Source: an uncultured delta proteobacterium (GTDB lineage: Bacteria; Desulfobacterota; Desulfomonilia; Desulfomonilales; Desulfomonilaceae). From it: a DNA stretch of 64,000 nucleotides. The stretch's first letter is position 1. The number at the start of each line of letters is the position of its first letter. The position numbers and the translations under genes were made by a program. Positions 10,490 to 19,837 of this stretch are shown here, piece after piece. The stretch is taken from positions 992,001-1,056,000 of the forward strand of contig CAWBKB010000003.1 of assembly GCA_963789265.1 (NCBI GenBank), read 5' to 3'. The notes beneath the pieces are model-generated. The model was given only the letters and a program-made list of their open reading frames with translations. It was not told the origin of the DNA and did not search any database.

Positions 10490-10942
10490 ATGGACAAAGA
10501 GAGAATCGATCAGATTATTGACAAGCATCACGGCGAACCCAGTTCGTTGATTCAGATATTGCTGGAGATTCAGGCTGAAAATCATTGGCTTCCCAAGGAA
10601 GCCCTGGAGCAGGTCAGCGAAAGATTACAGGTCCCTATGACCCGGATACAGCATATCGCCACCTTCTACAAAGCCTTTAGTCTGGTTCCCAAGGGACGCC
10701 ATCAAATTCACATTTGTCAGGGAACGGCTTGCCATGTTCGGGGTGCATCGCGTGTGCTCGACACGGTGGAAAACCTGACGGGAATTAAACCCGGAGAAAC
10801 CGACTTGGATATGAAGTTCAGCCTGGAGACCGTGAACTGCCTCGGCTGCTGTGCTTTAGGTCCGGTGATGGAGATCGATGGAAAGGCTCACGGCAAGATG
10901 ACGCCGGCGCAGACCGCAGACGTGTTAAGAAACTACGATTAA
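10490..10942 (+). CDS. bamG: NuoE-like [2Fe-2S] subunit
   Basis: ICQGTACHVRG and VNCLGCCALGP motifs; ATG 10490 after a purine-rich RBS. Confidence 0.9.
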   Translation: MDKERIDQIIDKHHGEPSSLIQILLEIQAENHWLPKEALEQVSERLQVPMTRIQHIATFYKAFSLVPKGRHQIHICQGTACHVRGASRVLDTVENLTGIKPGETDLDMKFSLETVNCLGCCALGPVMEIDGKAHGKMTPAQTADVLRNYD

Positions 10943-10951
10943 GGAAAAACT

Positions 10952-12880
10952 ATGTCGCGGATAAATTCACCCGCTGAATTGGACGAATTCAGAAGAAACC
11001 TCCTTTCGGAAAGAGACCCCGATAAAACCTGCATCACGCTCTGTTCCGGATCTGCTTGCCATGCTTCAGGCAGTCGGGAAGTTGCTGCCAGTATCCAGGA
11101 GGAAATCCAAAAACAAGGTTTAAACGAGGAAGTGGAATTCAGGAGGACCGGTTGCCACGGTTTTTGCGAGCGAGGCCCCATTATCGTTATTCGCCCCGAA
11201 GAAATATGCTATTTCCAGATAAAGCCTGAGGATGTCCCTGAAATCATCTCCCAGACTATCAAAGAGAAGAAAATCATAGACCGTTTACTCTATACCGATC
11301 CCGGCACCAAAGAAAAGATCGTTCATGAATCTGAAATCCCCTTCTACAAGAACCAGGGGCGGCTGGTATTTGGTTCCAACGTCAAGATTGACCCTAAGAG
11401 CATTGATGACTATCTGGCCTTGGGTGGCTATTCGGGGTTAGCCAAAGCGCTTTGCGGGATGACCCCCGAGCAAGTTTTAGAGGAAGTCAAAAAATCCAAC
11501 CTGAGAGGAAGGGGAGGTGGCGGCTTTCCCACCGGAAGAAAGTGGGCGGAATCGCGCAATGCCCCCGGCGATATCAAATACGTGATCGTCAATGCCGACG
11601 AGGGGGACCCTGGAGCCTATATGGACAGGAGCCTTCTCGAGGGGAATCCTCACTCCGTGCTCGAGGGATTGCTCATCGGAGCCTATGCCATCGGCTCCAA
11701 CGAGGGATACATTTACGTTCGTCAGGAATACCCCTTGGCCGTGGAAAATGTGAACATCGCTATCCGGCAGGCCGAGGAGTACGGCCTTCTTGGCAAGGAC
11801 ATCCTGGGGTCCGGCTTTGATTTCACTATTTCGGTGCACCAGGGTGCCGGCGCTTTCGTCTGTGGTGAATCGAGTGCTCTAATGACGGCCTTGGAAGGCA
11901 AGGCCGGAGAGCCCAGACCCAAATATATACATACAGCGGTCAAGGGCGTTTGGGATCGACCCAGCGTTTTGAATAATGTCGAGACCTGGGCGAATGTGCC
12001 GCTGATCATCAATAAGGGCGCGGACTGGTTCACTCAATATGGAACCGAAAAAAGCAAGGGCACCAAGATCTTCTCCCTGGTGGGTAAGATAGTCAATACG
12101 GGGCTGGTGGAAGTCCCCATGGGCGTTACCTTGAGAGACATCATCTACAAAATAGGCGGCGGAATCCCCGGAGGCAAGAAGTTCAAAGCCGTGCAAACCG
12201 GAGGACCGTCGGGGGGATGTCTCCCTGAGGAACTGTTGGACCTGGAAGTGGGGTTTGATGAACTTACCAAGGCCGGTTCCATGATGGGGTCCGGTGGCAT
12301 GATCATTATGGATGAAGATACCTGTATGGTCGATGTCGCCAGGTACTTCCTTAACTTCCTTACGGATGAATCGTGCGGCAAATGCGTGCCCTGCCGGGAA
12401 GGCATCCGGCAGATGCTGAAGACGCTTACCAATATAACCCAAGGAAAGGGCAAAGAGGGCGATATCGAACTTTTGGAACAGTTAGCCGAGGTAGCCGGCG
12501 AGGCATCCCTTTGTGCTTTGGGCAGGAGTGCTCCCAACCCGTTTTTAAGCACGCTAAAATACTTTAAAGATGAGTATGAGGCCCACATCAAGGACAAGCG
12601 GTGCCCGGCTCTATCCTGTAAGGAACTCATCTCGTACTACATTGATCCGAAAGAATGTCGGGCCTGCACGACTTGTGGCAGGAAATGCCCTTCGGAGGCT
12701 ATTATAGGCGGCAAGAACCAGATTCATGTAATTGATCAGGAGAAATGCACCAAGTGCGGTACCTGCTTTGAAGTGTGCCCTCCCCGTTTTCATGCCGTGA
12801 GGAAAATTTCCGGCGAGCCTGTTCCGCCTCCTATCCCTGAAGAAGCCAGAACCATAGTCAGAAAGCGTAAAGAAAAATGA
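10952..12880 (+). CDS. bamH: NuoF-like FMN/NADH-binding Fe-S subunit
   Basis: LRGRGGGGFPTG, NADEGDPGA, GAFVCGESSAL, ESCGKCVPCREG, two C-terminal ferredoxin motifs. Confidence 0.92.
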   Translation: MSRINSPAELDEFRRNLLSERDPDKTCITLCSGSACHASGSREVAASIQEEIQKQGLNEEVEFRRTGCHGFCERGPIIVIRPEEICYFQIKPEDVPEIISQTIKEKKIIDRLLYTDPGTKEKIVHESEIPFYKNQGRLVFGSNVKIDPKSIDDYLALGGYSGLAKALCGMTPEQVLEEVKKSNLRGRGGGGFPTGRKWAESRNAPGDIKYVIVNADEGDPGAYMDRSLLEGNPHSVLEGLLIGAYAIGSNEGYIYVRQEYPLAVENVNIAIRQAEEYGLLGKDILGSGFDFTISVHQGAGAFVCGESSALMTALEGKAGEPRPKYIHTAVKGVWDRPSVLNNVETWANVPLIINKGADWFTQYGTEKSKGTKIFSLVGKIVNTGLVEVPMGVTLRDIIYKIGGGIPGGKKFKAVQTGGPSGGCLPEELLDLEVGFDELTKAGSMMGSGGMIIMDEDTCMVDVARYFLNFLTDESCGKCVPCREGIRQMLKTLTNITQGKGKEGDIELLEQLAEVAGEASLCALGRSAPNPFLSTLKYFKDEYEAHIKDKRCPALSCKELISYYIDPKECRACTTCGRKCPSEAIIGGKNQIHVIDQEKCTKCGTCFEVCPPRFHAVRKISGEPVPPPIPEEARTIVRKRKEK

Positions 12881-13491
12881 GCGAAGTCCAATTAAAGATT
12901 GACGGAAGAGAAGTTAAGGCCGAAGAAGGGATGACCGTCTTGGAGGCGGCACGAAGTGCAGGGATATCTATTCCCACACTGTGTCACCACGAGAAATTGG
13001 AACCCTATGGGGCTTGCCGACTTTGTCTGGTGGAATTAGATATGCGCGGCTGGAAAAAACTGGTAGTTTCCTGCCTTTACCCGGTAGCCAATGATTTGGT
13101 GATAATCACCCGGTCGGAAAAGATAGATCGAATTCGCAAAACGATCTTGGAACTCTTGATGGCTCATGCTCCTGATGCTTTTGGATTGCAGGATTTGGCG
13201 AAAGAGTATGGAGCCGACAGGGACCGTTTCGATAAAGAGGCATCCTTCTGCATTCATTGCGGTCTTTGTGTAAGATACTGTGCTGAGGTTAAAAAGAAGA
13301 ACGCGGTTGGATTCGTTAATAGAGGAGCTAATCGGGAGATCAGCTTCATTCCGGAGGTGGCCTCCAAGGAGTGCTGGAACTGCAAAGAATGTTTTCAGCT
13401 TTGCCCTACAGAGGCGCTACAAGCCGCGTACGTTTTGGTCGAAGCGCTTGCGTTTCCGTCTGCTTCAATCAAGTCTACGTCAAACCGTTGA
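12877..13491 (+). CDS. bamI: NuoG N-terminal-like Fe-S subunit
   Basis: IPTLCHH, GACRLCLVE, CIHCGLCVRYC, CWNCKECFQLCP; ATGA overlap with bamH. Confidence 0.9.
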   Translation: MSEVQLKIDGREVKAEEGMTVLEAARSAGISIPTLCHHEKLEPYGACRLCLVELDMRGWKKLVVSCLYPVANDLVIITRSEKIDRIRKTILELLMAHAPDAFGLQDLAKEYGADRDRFDKEASFCIHCGLCVRYCAEVKKKNAVGFVNRGANREISFIPEVASKECWNCKECFQLCPTEALQAAYVLVEALAFPSASIKSTSNR

Positions 13492-13805
13492 AGATGAGTC
13501 TGAATCTGCGGCCATCTGCGGCATCTGCGGATTGGTCTCACTTGCCGTCAAAATCGAGTTTTGGAACTTGAAAAGGAATAGGCCCGTGCTCTTTGACCCA
13601 GGCCTCGTTCTTCCGATTCCATTCCTCCTGCTTGGTTAGTCTCTCAGCTTCAAGCGTTCGCGCTCGTTTCCAAGAATTTTTGCCTGTCATAGTCCTGTGT
13701 CATTATTTTCCCTTCCAAAAGTGATTTGGCCTATAGGTCAGGCACATACTAATCGACCGTTATAAGGGGGCAACAGAGCAGAGCCCCCCAGTGGCGAGGA
13801 TGTCG

Positions 13806-15587
13806 TTAATCAATCGCCTTTGTCCGAATTTCTTCCTTAATCCTGGCCAGGAACTCATCGAGAGACATGCTCCCGAGGTCTTTCCTTCCGCGGCGCCGAA
13901 CAGAGATCGAGCCCGTTTGAGCCTCGCGTTCACCGACGATAATCGTGTAAGGGATCTTCAAAACCTCAGACTGACGTATCTTGTATCCCATAGTTTCATC
14001 GCCGTCATCGCAAACCGCCCGAATGCCTTCCAAAGTGAGTTTCGAGCGAATTTCTTGCGCATAATCCAAGAATCGTTCGGATACCGGTACCGCATTCACC
14101 TGCTTGGCGCTCATCCAAACAGGAAATGCACCGGCAAAGTGTTCGATGGCAACGCCAAAGAACCGCTCCCAGCTTCCAAGAACCACTCGGTGGATCATCA
14201 CGGGACACTTTTCTGTGTCTTCTGCATCGCGATATGTGGCATCCAGAGACTTCGCGGTGTTGAAGTCCACCTGAATTGTAGGCCCCGTCCATTTTCGACC
14301 GATCGCGTCAAATAACGCAAACTCGATCTTCGGGCCGTAAAAGGCCCCCTCTCCGGGGAGCAACTCGAACGGGATGCCTCGCTCTCTCATGGCGGCTTCC
14401 AGGGCAGTCGTGGCCTCATCCCACATTTCATCGGTTCCCACATAGCCCTTTTCCGGACGAGTCGCCAAAAACAGCTTATATCCAAACCCAAACGTGTCGA
14501 GCATGTCGATGGCAAAATCCACGACACTGACGACCTCTGACTGGACCTGATCCGGTCGGCAAAAAATGTGGGCATCATCTTGAGTGAACAACCTCGCGCG
14601 TGTCAGCCCGTGCACCGTACCGGAAAATTCCGCACGCAAGACAGTCCCAAATTCGTAGTACCGGATGGGAAGGTCCCGATAGCTCCGGATCTTATGACGA
14701 TAGATCAGCACGTGACCCGGGCAGTTCATTGGTTTGATCGCGTACGGTTCCCCATCCTTCTCCAGGAAAAACATCATGTCCCGGTAATGATCTTCATGGC
14801 CGGTTCTCTTCCAAAGATCCGCGTTGAGGATGTACGGAGTGGATACGATGTCATAACCTCGCTTGAGGTGCTCGTCTTCCAGGAACCTGGCTATAATTGA
14901 GCGCATCAGAGCCGCGTCCGGATGGTAAAGCGGCAAACCCTTGCCGGCATCTTCTTCAAAGTGAAACAAATCAAGTACCTGGGCAAGTCGACGATGATCT
15001 CGCCTTTCAGCTTCTTTCAGACGTTTCTTGTAGTCATCCAGGTCTTGTTTGGTCTCAAACGCAATCCCATATATGCGCTGTAATTGAGGGCGCGTCGAAT
15101 CGCCTTTCCAGTATGCTCCGGAAACCTTCGTCAGCTCGAAATAGCGAAGATCTTTGGACGATCCGACGTGCGGCCCACGACAGAGATCCACGAAATTGTC
15201 ATGTCTATAATAGGTGACAACGTCGCCAGGAATATTCTGGAGCATTTCCACTTTGTACGGCTGGTCAACGTCTGCCCAATAGCGAACCGCCTCTTCCTTG
15301 GAATGCTCTTCCCACTCGAATTTGAACCCCTTCTTTATGCTCTGCCGCATGCGATCTTCAATTGTGCGGAGATCTGTATCGGAAATCATTACGCCTTTTC
15401 CGTCCGCATCCCGGATCTCTATGTCATAGTAGAATCCATCATCCGTAGCGGGCCCTACGCCCAGGCGGGATTTTTCCCACAGTTCCAGCACTGCGGCGGC
15501 CAAAACATGCGCATAGCTATGACGCATTTTTGACAGCCAGTCCACGGACTCATTCTTCTTCTCAAGATCCAATTGTTGGATCGGCAT
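13806..15587 (-). CDS. thrS: Threonine--tRNA ligase lacking the N-terminal TGS domain
   Basis: RHSYAH, GFYYD, DLCRGPH, RDHR, KPMNCPGH, FTQDDAHIF, AFYGPKI, MIHR; anticodon-binding domain at the C-terminus. Confidence 0.95.
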   Translation of the reverse strand: MPIQQLDLEKKNESVDWLSKMRHSYAHVLAAAVLELWEKSRLGVGPATDDGFYYDIEIRDADGKGVMISDTDLRTIEDRMRQSIKKGFKFEWEEHSKEEAVRYWADVDQPYKVEMLQNIPGDVVTYYRHDNFVDLCRGPHVGSSKDLRYFELTKVSGAYWKGDSTRPQLQRIYGIAFETKQDLDDYKKRLKEAERRDHRRLAQVLDLFHFEEDAGKGLPLYHPDAALMRSIIARFLEDEHLKRGYDIVSTPYILNADLWKRTGHEDHYRDMMFFLEKDGEPYAIKPMNCPGHVLIYRHKIRSYRDLPIRYYEFGTVLRAEFSGTVHGLTRARLFTQDDAHIFCRPDQVQSEVVSVVDFAIDMLDTFGFGYKLFLATRPEKGYVGTDEMWDEATTALEAAMRERGIPFELLPGEGAFYGPKIEFALFDAIGRKWTGPTIQVDFNTAKSLDATYRDAEDTEKCPVMIHRVVLGSWERFFGVAIEHFAGAFPVWMSAKQVNAVPVSERFLDYAQEIRSKLTLEGIRAVCDDGDETMGYKIRQSEVLKIPYTIIVGEREAQTGSISVRRRGRKDLGSMSLDEFLARIKEEIRTKAID

Positions 15588-15817
15588 TCATATCCTCCGC
15601 TGAGTGGGGTCCATTCTTTATGAACTACATAGGCGCCCAGCAAGCGGCGCCCAGTACTCCCACTTCTTTGTGTTTTCTCAGTCGCTTAGTGCAGGCTTTG
15701 TTCTGAACCCTGAGATACCGACCGCTTCGGGCCAGAGATTCCCTTAGTTTAGACCTTGAATGGTCTAAATGGTTCAATGCCGCAGATTATGCTACCTGCG
15801 CAAGGAAGCGAAGTCAA
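15588..15817 (-). promoter_or_regulatory. thrS promoter and ~195-nt structured 5' leader
   Basis: Minus strand: TTGACT (15817-15812), 17 nt, TAGCAT (15794-15789); perfect inverted repeat TTTAGACC/GGTCTAAA at 15748-15769; nested stems near the RBS. Confidence 0.5.
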
Positions 15818-15869
15818 CAGAAATCCCGGTTGTAACCCTTCGGTTAGGCGTGAAAATTGCCGGTTCCTT

Positions 15870-15960
15870 GACATTGCGAGAAGCGAGGCGACGAAGCAAT
15901 CTAAGCAGCGTCTAAAGCAAAAGATTGCTTCGTCCCACGAGACGCGGGACTCGCAATGAC
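15870..15960. repeat. Palindromic intergenic repeat (cattgcgag...gaagcaatct...agattgcttc...ctcgcaatgac family)
   Basis: Terminal and internal inverted arms; the right half recurs at 22420-22460. Confidence 0.7.
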
Positions 15961-16029
15961 AAGCATTCACCGCTCGCTAGTGAATGCTTGCATTGTAACC
16001 GTTCAGTTCGGCGGGGAAAAGGCAATTTC

Positions 16030-16218
16030 GAGCCCTGACGGGGCGTACCAAGAGTAGCCACGGGTGAAAACCCGTGGAACCAGTGAGACCCCCACCCGAA
16101 ATGTCGACCCCAAGGGGTCGACCAGACGTGGCGGTTTTGAATGAGGTTGAGTGAACCCTTGCAGGGTCCCTTGGAACCAATGTTGCTCCTTTTCCGTGGA
16201 TTGCCCCTTCGGGGCATT
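16030..16218. repeat. REP-like multi-hairpin element
   Basis: Hairpins gccctgacggggc, ccacgggtgaaaacccgtgg, gtcgaccccaaggggtcgac, gccccttcggggc. Confidence 0.6.
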
Positions 16219-16431
16219 GATCGCCTAGCGCGCGCAACTGAACGGTTCCGTAGCGGGGCAGTTTGAGATTTCGTTGCAGCGATTCAGTTCCTATCACTAT
16301 CTGATGAACAATTATCAAAAACACTAGCGGAACGTCCCCCAATCAGTCATGTTAATGTAACAATTGCTGAAACTATGGTGCAGACGCTCGTACGCTGTTA
16401 CAGCAAAGTTTCATCTCAGGAGGCAGTACTC

Positions 16432-16938
16432 ATGGACGCGTTGCAGGCAATTTTGACCAGAAGAAGCATTCGAAAATACACCTCTGAACCTGTTTCCGAC
16501 GAGATCGTGACAGAACTCCTCAAAGCCGCCATGAGTGCGCCCACCGCCGCAGGAGAAGTCTGGGACTTTGTTGTGGTGCGTGATCGAAACGTATTGGCCG
16601 GCGTTTCCAAGTATCACCCGCACGCTGAAATGCTCAAAAACGCGGCTGTAGCAATTCTGGTCTGCGGCAACCCCAACATTGAAAAATTGCCCGGCCGCTG
16701 GGTATTGGATTGCGCCGCGGCCACCGAGAATATTCTGATTGCTGCTAACGCCCTTGGTCTGGGTGCCGTCTGGGTGGGAATCTACCCGGTGGAGGAACGT
16801 ATTAAGGGCTTGCGAGTTCTTCTTGGAATACCCGACTACATTACGCCTTTGTCCATGGCATCTCTTGGATACCCCGGAGAAAAGAAATCTCCGCCTTCAC
16901 GGTTTAGAGCGGAGCGCATCCATCGCGACCGGTGGTAG
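16432..16938 (+). CDS. Nitroreductase family protein
   Basis: ILTRRSIRKY, AAMSAP, DCAAATENILIAANALGLGAVW, LGYP; ATG 16432 after AGGAGG. Confidence 0.9.
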   Translation: MDALQAILTRRSIRKYTSEPVSDEIVTELLKAAMSAPTAAGEVWDFVVVRDRNVLAGVSKYHPHAEMLKNAAVAILVCGNPNIEKLPGRWVLDCAAATENILIAANALGLGAVWVGIYPVEERIKGLRVLLGIPDYITPLSMASLGYPGEKKSPPSRFRAERIHRDRW

Positions 16939-17018
16939 AGCTGTACGGGCTCGCGACGTTGAGGAAGTCCGTGCCAAGTTCGACTTCGCCCCATTAAATC
17001 ATAACTGCCAGTCAGCGG

Positions 17019-17726
17019 CTATGATTTCTTCCCTACCGTGACCAGAACTACAGGTCGCACGTCCTCCGGGAGCTTAAGGACCTTGGAAAGCTCCTTGTCT
17101 CGGATTCCGCCGACGGTGTTGGTTTCAAGACCGAGGGCTCGCGCCTGGAGCAGAATGTTCTGATCCGCGTTTCCGGCTTCCATCACCCCGAAATTGATCC
17201 CACGCTCGGGCCCCGATGTAGCCTCGGCCCGCTTGAATACCGTGCCAACAACTACAGACACAGGCGCTCGGTCAATCCAAGACTGTCCTTTGCATGCTGC
17301 GGACATGGGCTTTCGCTGATCGCCTTCGGCGATCTTTTGCAGGGCATGATTATCCGCATCGTAGTGATATACCCCAGCGGGGAGCTGCTTCACCGTTTCC
17401 TGGCCACATACGAGGTAGAGCTCGATGGGATATGTTTTCTTCGCGGACGGGATTACTTTCTTTGTGGCCGCAGAGACCGCATCAACCGGTATGTTGCCGT
17501 TACCTGCCCACAGGATTTGCCCGACTTGGGCAAGGGTGAGCGGAGCAGGCGAGTAGCTTCTGGATGTTTGACGGGTAGCAAGCGCCTTTTCCACCGAAAT
17601 GGTCCCATCCAGTGCGGGCTTTGGAAGTGGTATTTCCTCTGCGTATGCAGGGCAGGAGCCAAATGCGAGGATCATTGTCAAAGCGAGGAACATGAGCAAT
17701 TGAAAACGGATCGAACATCTTAACAT
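17019..17726 (-). CDS. SagB/ThcOx-like nitroreductase-fold protein with predicted signal peptide
   Basis: LPKP...SVEKALATRQTSRSY, PSA..TYPIELY, GVYHY, MEAG...QN; hydrophobic N-terminus ending AYA. Confidence 0.8.
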   Translation of the reverse strand: MLRCSIRFQLLMFLALTMILAFGSCPAYAEEIPLPKPALDGTISVEKALATRQTSRSYSPAPLTLAQVGQILWAGNGNIPVDAVSAATKKVIPSAKKTYPIELYLVCGQETVKQLPAGVYHYDADNHALQKIAEGDQRKPMSAACKGQSWIDRAPVSVVVGTVFKRAEATSGPERGINFGVMEAGNADQNILLQARALGLETNTVGGIRDKELSKVLKLPEDVRPVVLVTVGKKS

Positions 17727-17998
17727 GATAATTACCTCCACAGGCGAAACGCAGGATCTTTCAGTTCCGAGCATAATACCGGGCAAGCTCTTCGGTCAAC
17801 CGCCACCTTTTTCATAATTCAGCTCGACGAAGCTATAGAGGCACATTATATTTTAGCGTGTTGAAATCAGGTCTTTTTTAGGGCAGAACTGGTTGCCTGG
17901 CGAATTGCTTCGACAGACAGTCCAGTGATCGCAGATGCTGATTGCGACTATCACCCGCTCCCGATGAAGATTCGATGCAATCCTACGCAGGAGCTTCA

Positions 17999-18301
17999 AT
18001 GATGACCAGAGAGAAGATCTTCGGGATATTGCAAGCAAAAATTTCCTATCTTGCCACTGAATTGGACGTTAGTAAGATCGGATTATTCGGCTCGTACGCG
18101 AAAGGGCAACCCGACGAGACCTGTGACATTGACATTGTTGTAGAGTTTGAACGCCCGATCGGATTTAAGTTTCTAGAACTGGCTGAGTTCCTTGAAAGTT
18201 TATTGGGTCACAGGGTGGACTTGCTTACACCCGCGGGCATTCAAAATATTCGAAAAGCACAAGTCGCAGAAAGCATTTTAAAAAGCATCATGTATGTCTA
18301 A
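17999..18301 (+). CDS. Minimal nucleotidyltransferase (MNT antitoxin-like)
   Basis: IGLFGSYAKGQPDETCDIDIVVEF (GS-x10-DxD) and VDLLT. Confidence 0.85.
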   Translation: MMTREKIFGILQAKISYLATELDVSKIGLFGSYAKGQPDETCDIDIVVEFERPIGFKFLELAEFLESLLGHRVDLLTPAGIQNIRKAQVAESILKSIMYV

Positions 18302-18347
18302 GCCGACAGACCAAGAATTCCTGAGCGACATACGCGAAGTAATTTAA
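18294..18347 (+). pseudogene. 17-codon N-terminal remnant of a HEPN/DUF86 toxin gene
   Basis: MSKPTDQEFLSDIREVI* overlaps the MNT stop, as the intact partner does at 60147 (MPRDYRLYMDDILES). Confidence 0.55.
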
Positions 18348-18348
18348 C

Positions 18349-19245
18349 ATGAAGCTGCTGGCAACAAAGCCCCTCTTCACGTTACTTCAGTTGATCTCCT
18401 TCCTTTGGCCTGCAGTCTTTTCCCCAGCCCAAGCCGCAGAACAATCCCTCAAAATCTCGGGCATGGACGTCACCGTCTGGGCCCAAAAGACGGAAGAACC
18501 GACCAAACAACCGGTGATCATTTTTTCTCACGGTTTTCATGGGTGCAACACGCAATCACGTTTCCTCATGGAGGCTTTTGCATCCGCGGGGTACATCATA
18601 TTCGCGCCGAATCACCGTGACGCGACCTGTCACGGAGGTAGAGCCAGATGGATTGACAGGCCCGAGGTACGTCTTCGCAAACCGCAGAATTGGACCGAAG
18701 CCACCTATCGCGACCGCGCGGAGGATATTCGACGATTGATTCAGGCTATTCAGACGGATGATCGCTTTCGTGAACGAGTGGATTGGAATCGCTTCGGTCT
18801 CGCGGGACATTCCCTCGGAGGGTACACGGTTCTAGGGTTAGCCGGGGCGTGGCCGAGCTGGAAGCTGAGTGGGGTAAAGGCCGTGCTTGCGCTTTCGCCT
18901 TATACTCAGCCATTCGTTTTGCATGACACATTGGCGGGTTTGTCCGCCCCAGTGATGTATCAGGGGGGTACATGGGATTATGGCACTGCACCGACGATGC
19001 ACAAATCTATGGGCGCCTACGATCAGTCGCCGGAACCGAAATACTACGTGGAATTCGAAAGAGTGGGCCATTTCGCCTGGACAGACATTGGCAGAAGAAC
19101 CGCCCGTAACGCTATCATCGCATACAGCCTCGCGTTCATGAATCATTACGTGAAGCGCGAACCTGCCGATCCTGTGCTGACAAAAGCCCTGGCCGGCGTG
19201 GCACTATTCAGGTACGCGTCGGAATTCGGCCGCATGGGGCGCTGA
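18349..19245 (+). CDS. Secreted alpha/beta hydrolase
   Basis: Signal peptide (AQA|A), IIFSHG, nucleophile elbow AGHSLGG, GHFAW. Confidence 0.85.
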   Translation: MKLLATKPLFTLLQLISFLWPAVFSPAQAAEQSLKISGMDVTVWAQKTEEPTKQPVIIFSHGFHGCNTQSRFLMEAFASAGYIIFAPNHRDATCHGGRARWIDRPEVRLRKPQNWTEATYRDRAEDIRRLIQAIQTDDRFRERVDWNRFGLAGHSLGGYTVLGLAGAWPSWKLSGVKAVLALSPYTQPFVLHDTLAGLSAPVMYQGGTWDYGTAPTMHKSMGAYDQSPEPKYYVEFERVGHFAWTDIGRRTARNAIIAYSLAFMNHYVKREPADPVLTKALAGVALFRYASEFGRMGR

Positions 19246-19271
19246 GACCGACTTCTTCCGCAGCTTGTTCC

Positions 19272-19300
19272 TTGACAAATCGTACGTAACGACGTACGGT
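19272..19300 (+). promoter_or_regulatory. yefM-yoeB promoter with palindromic operator
   Basis: TTGACA 19272-19277, 17 nt, TACGGT; palindrome CGTACGT-AACG-ACGTACG at 19281-19298 (GTAC cores typical of YefM operators). Confidence 0.7.
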
Positions 19301-19322
19301 TTGGGTAGCGAAGGAGCACACT

Positions 19323-19565
19323 ATGACCGTTGTCAAAGCAAGTGACGCGCGAGCCCGTTTGTACCGACTGATTGACGAAACCGCGTCTTCTCACGAACCG
19401 ATGCTTATCACCGGCAAGAGAAGCAACGCGGTTCTAATCAGCGAGGAGGACTGGAGATCCATCCAGGAGACGCTGCATCTGCTTTCGATTCCGGGCATGA
19501 GGGAGTCCATCAAAGACGGCCTCAAGACCCCGGTTGAAGAATGCGCCGGGGAACTTGAGTGGTGA
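19323..19565 (+). CDS. yefM: Phd/YefM antitoxin
   Basis: ARARLYRLIDE...EPMLITGKRSNAVLISEEDWRSIQETLHLLSIPGM. Confidence 0.92.
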   Translation: MTVVKASDARARLYRLIDETASSHEPMLITGKRSNAVLISEEDWRSIQETLHLLSIPGMRESIKDGLKTPVEECAGELEW

Positions 19566-19825
19566 AGTGGCAAGTTGTTTACACCCGCCAGGCTCGAAAA
19601 GATGCCAAGCTACTCGCCGCCGCCGCATTGAAGGAAAAAGCAAAAGAGTTGTTGAACCTTCTCGAGCGGGATCCTTTTGAGACCCCACCTCCTTATGAGA
19701 AGCTAGTCGGCGACTTGAGCGGCGCCTACTCCCGAAGGATCAATATTCAACGCAGATTGATCTACCAACTGATTGAGGAAGACAACGTCGTAAATGTGAT
19801 CCGTCTATGGTCTCATTACGAGTGA
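19559..19825 (+). CDS. yoeB: Txe/YoeB mRNA-interferase toxin
   Basis: PPYEKLVGDLSGAYSRRINIQRRLIY...WSHYE; overlaps yefM. Confidence 0.92.
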   Translation: MVKWQVVYTRQARKDAKLLAAAALKEKAKELLNLLERDPFETPPPYEKLVGDLSGAYSRRINIQRRLIYQLIEEDNVVNVIRLWSHYE

Positions 19826-19837
19826 TGAGGATTCAGG

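Noticed and set aside
10490..13491. Respiratory complex I or hydrogenase operon
   Set aside because: Only NuoE/F/G-like soluble modules are present, with no membrane subunits or H-cluster/NiFe subunit; the context fits bamGHI.
13503..13532. Short repeat ATCTGCGG x3 after bamI (and a loosely similar motif near 34060)
   Set aside because: Too short to assign a function; likely an ordinary intergenic repeat.
15588..15782. T-box, glycine riboswitch or 6S RNA upstream of thrS
   Set aside because: No GGTGGnACC T-box core or convincing consensus for the others; kept only as an unassigned structured leader.
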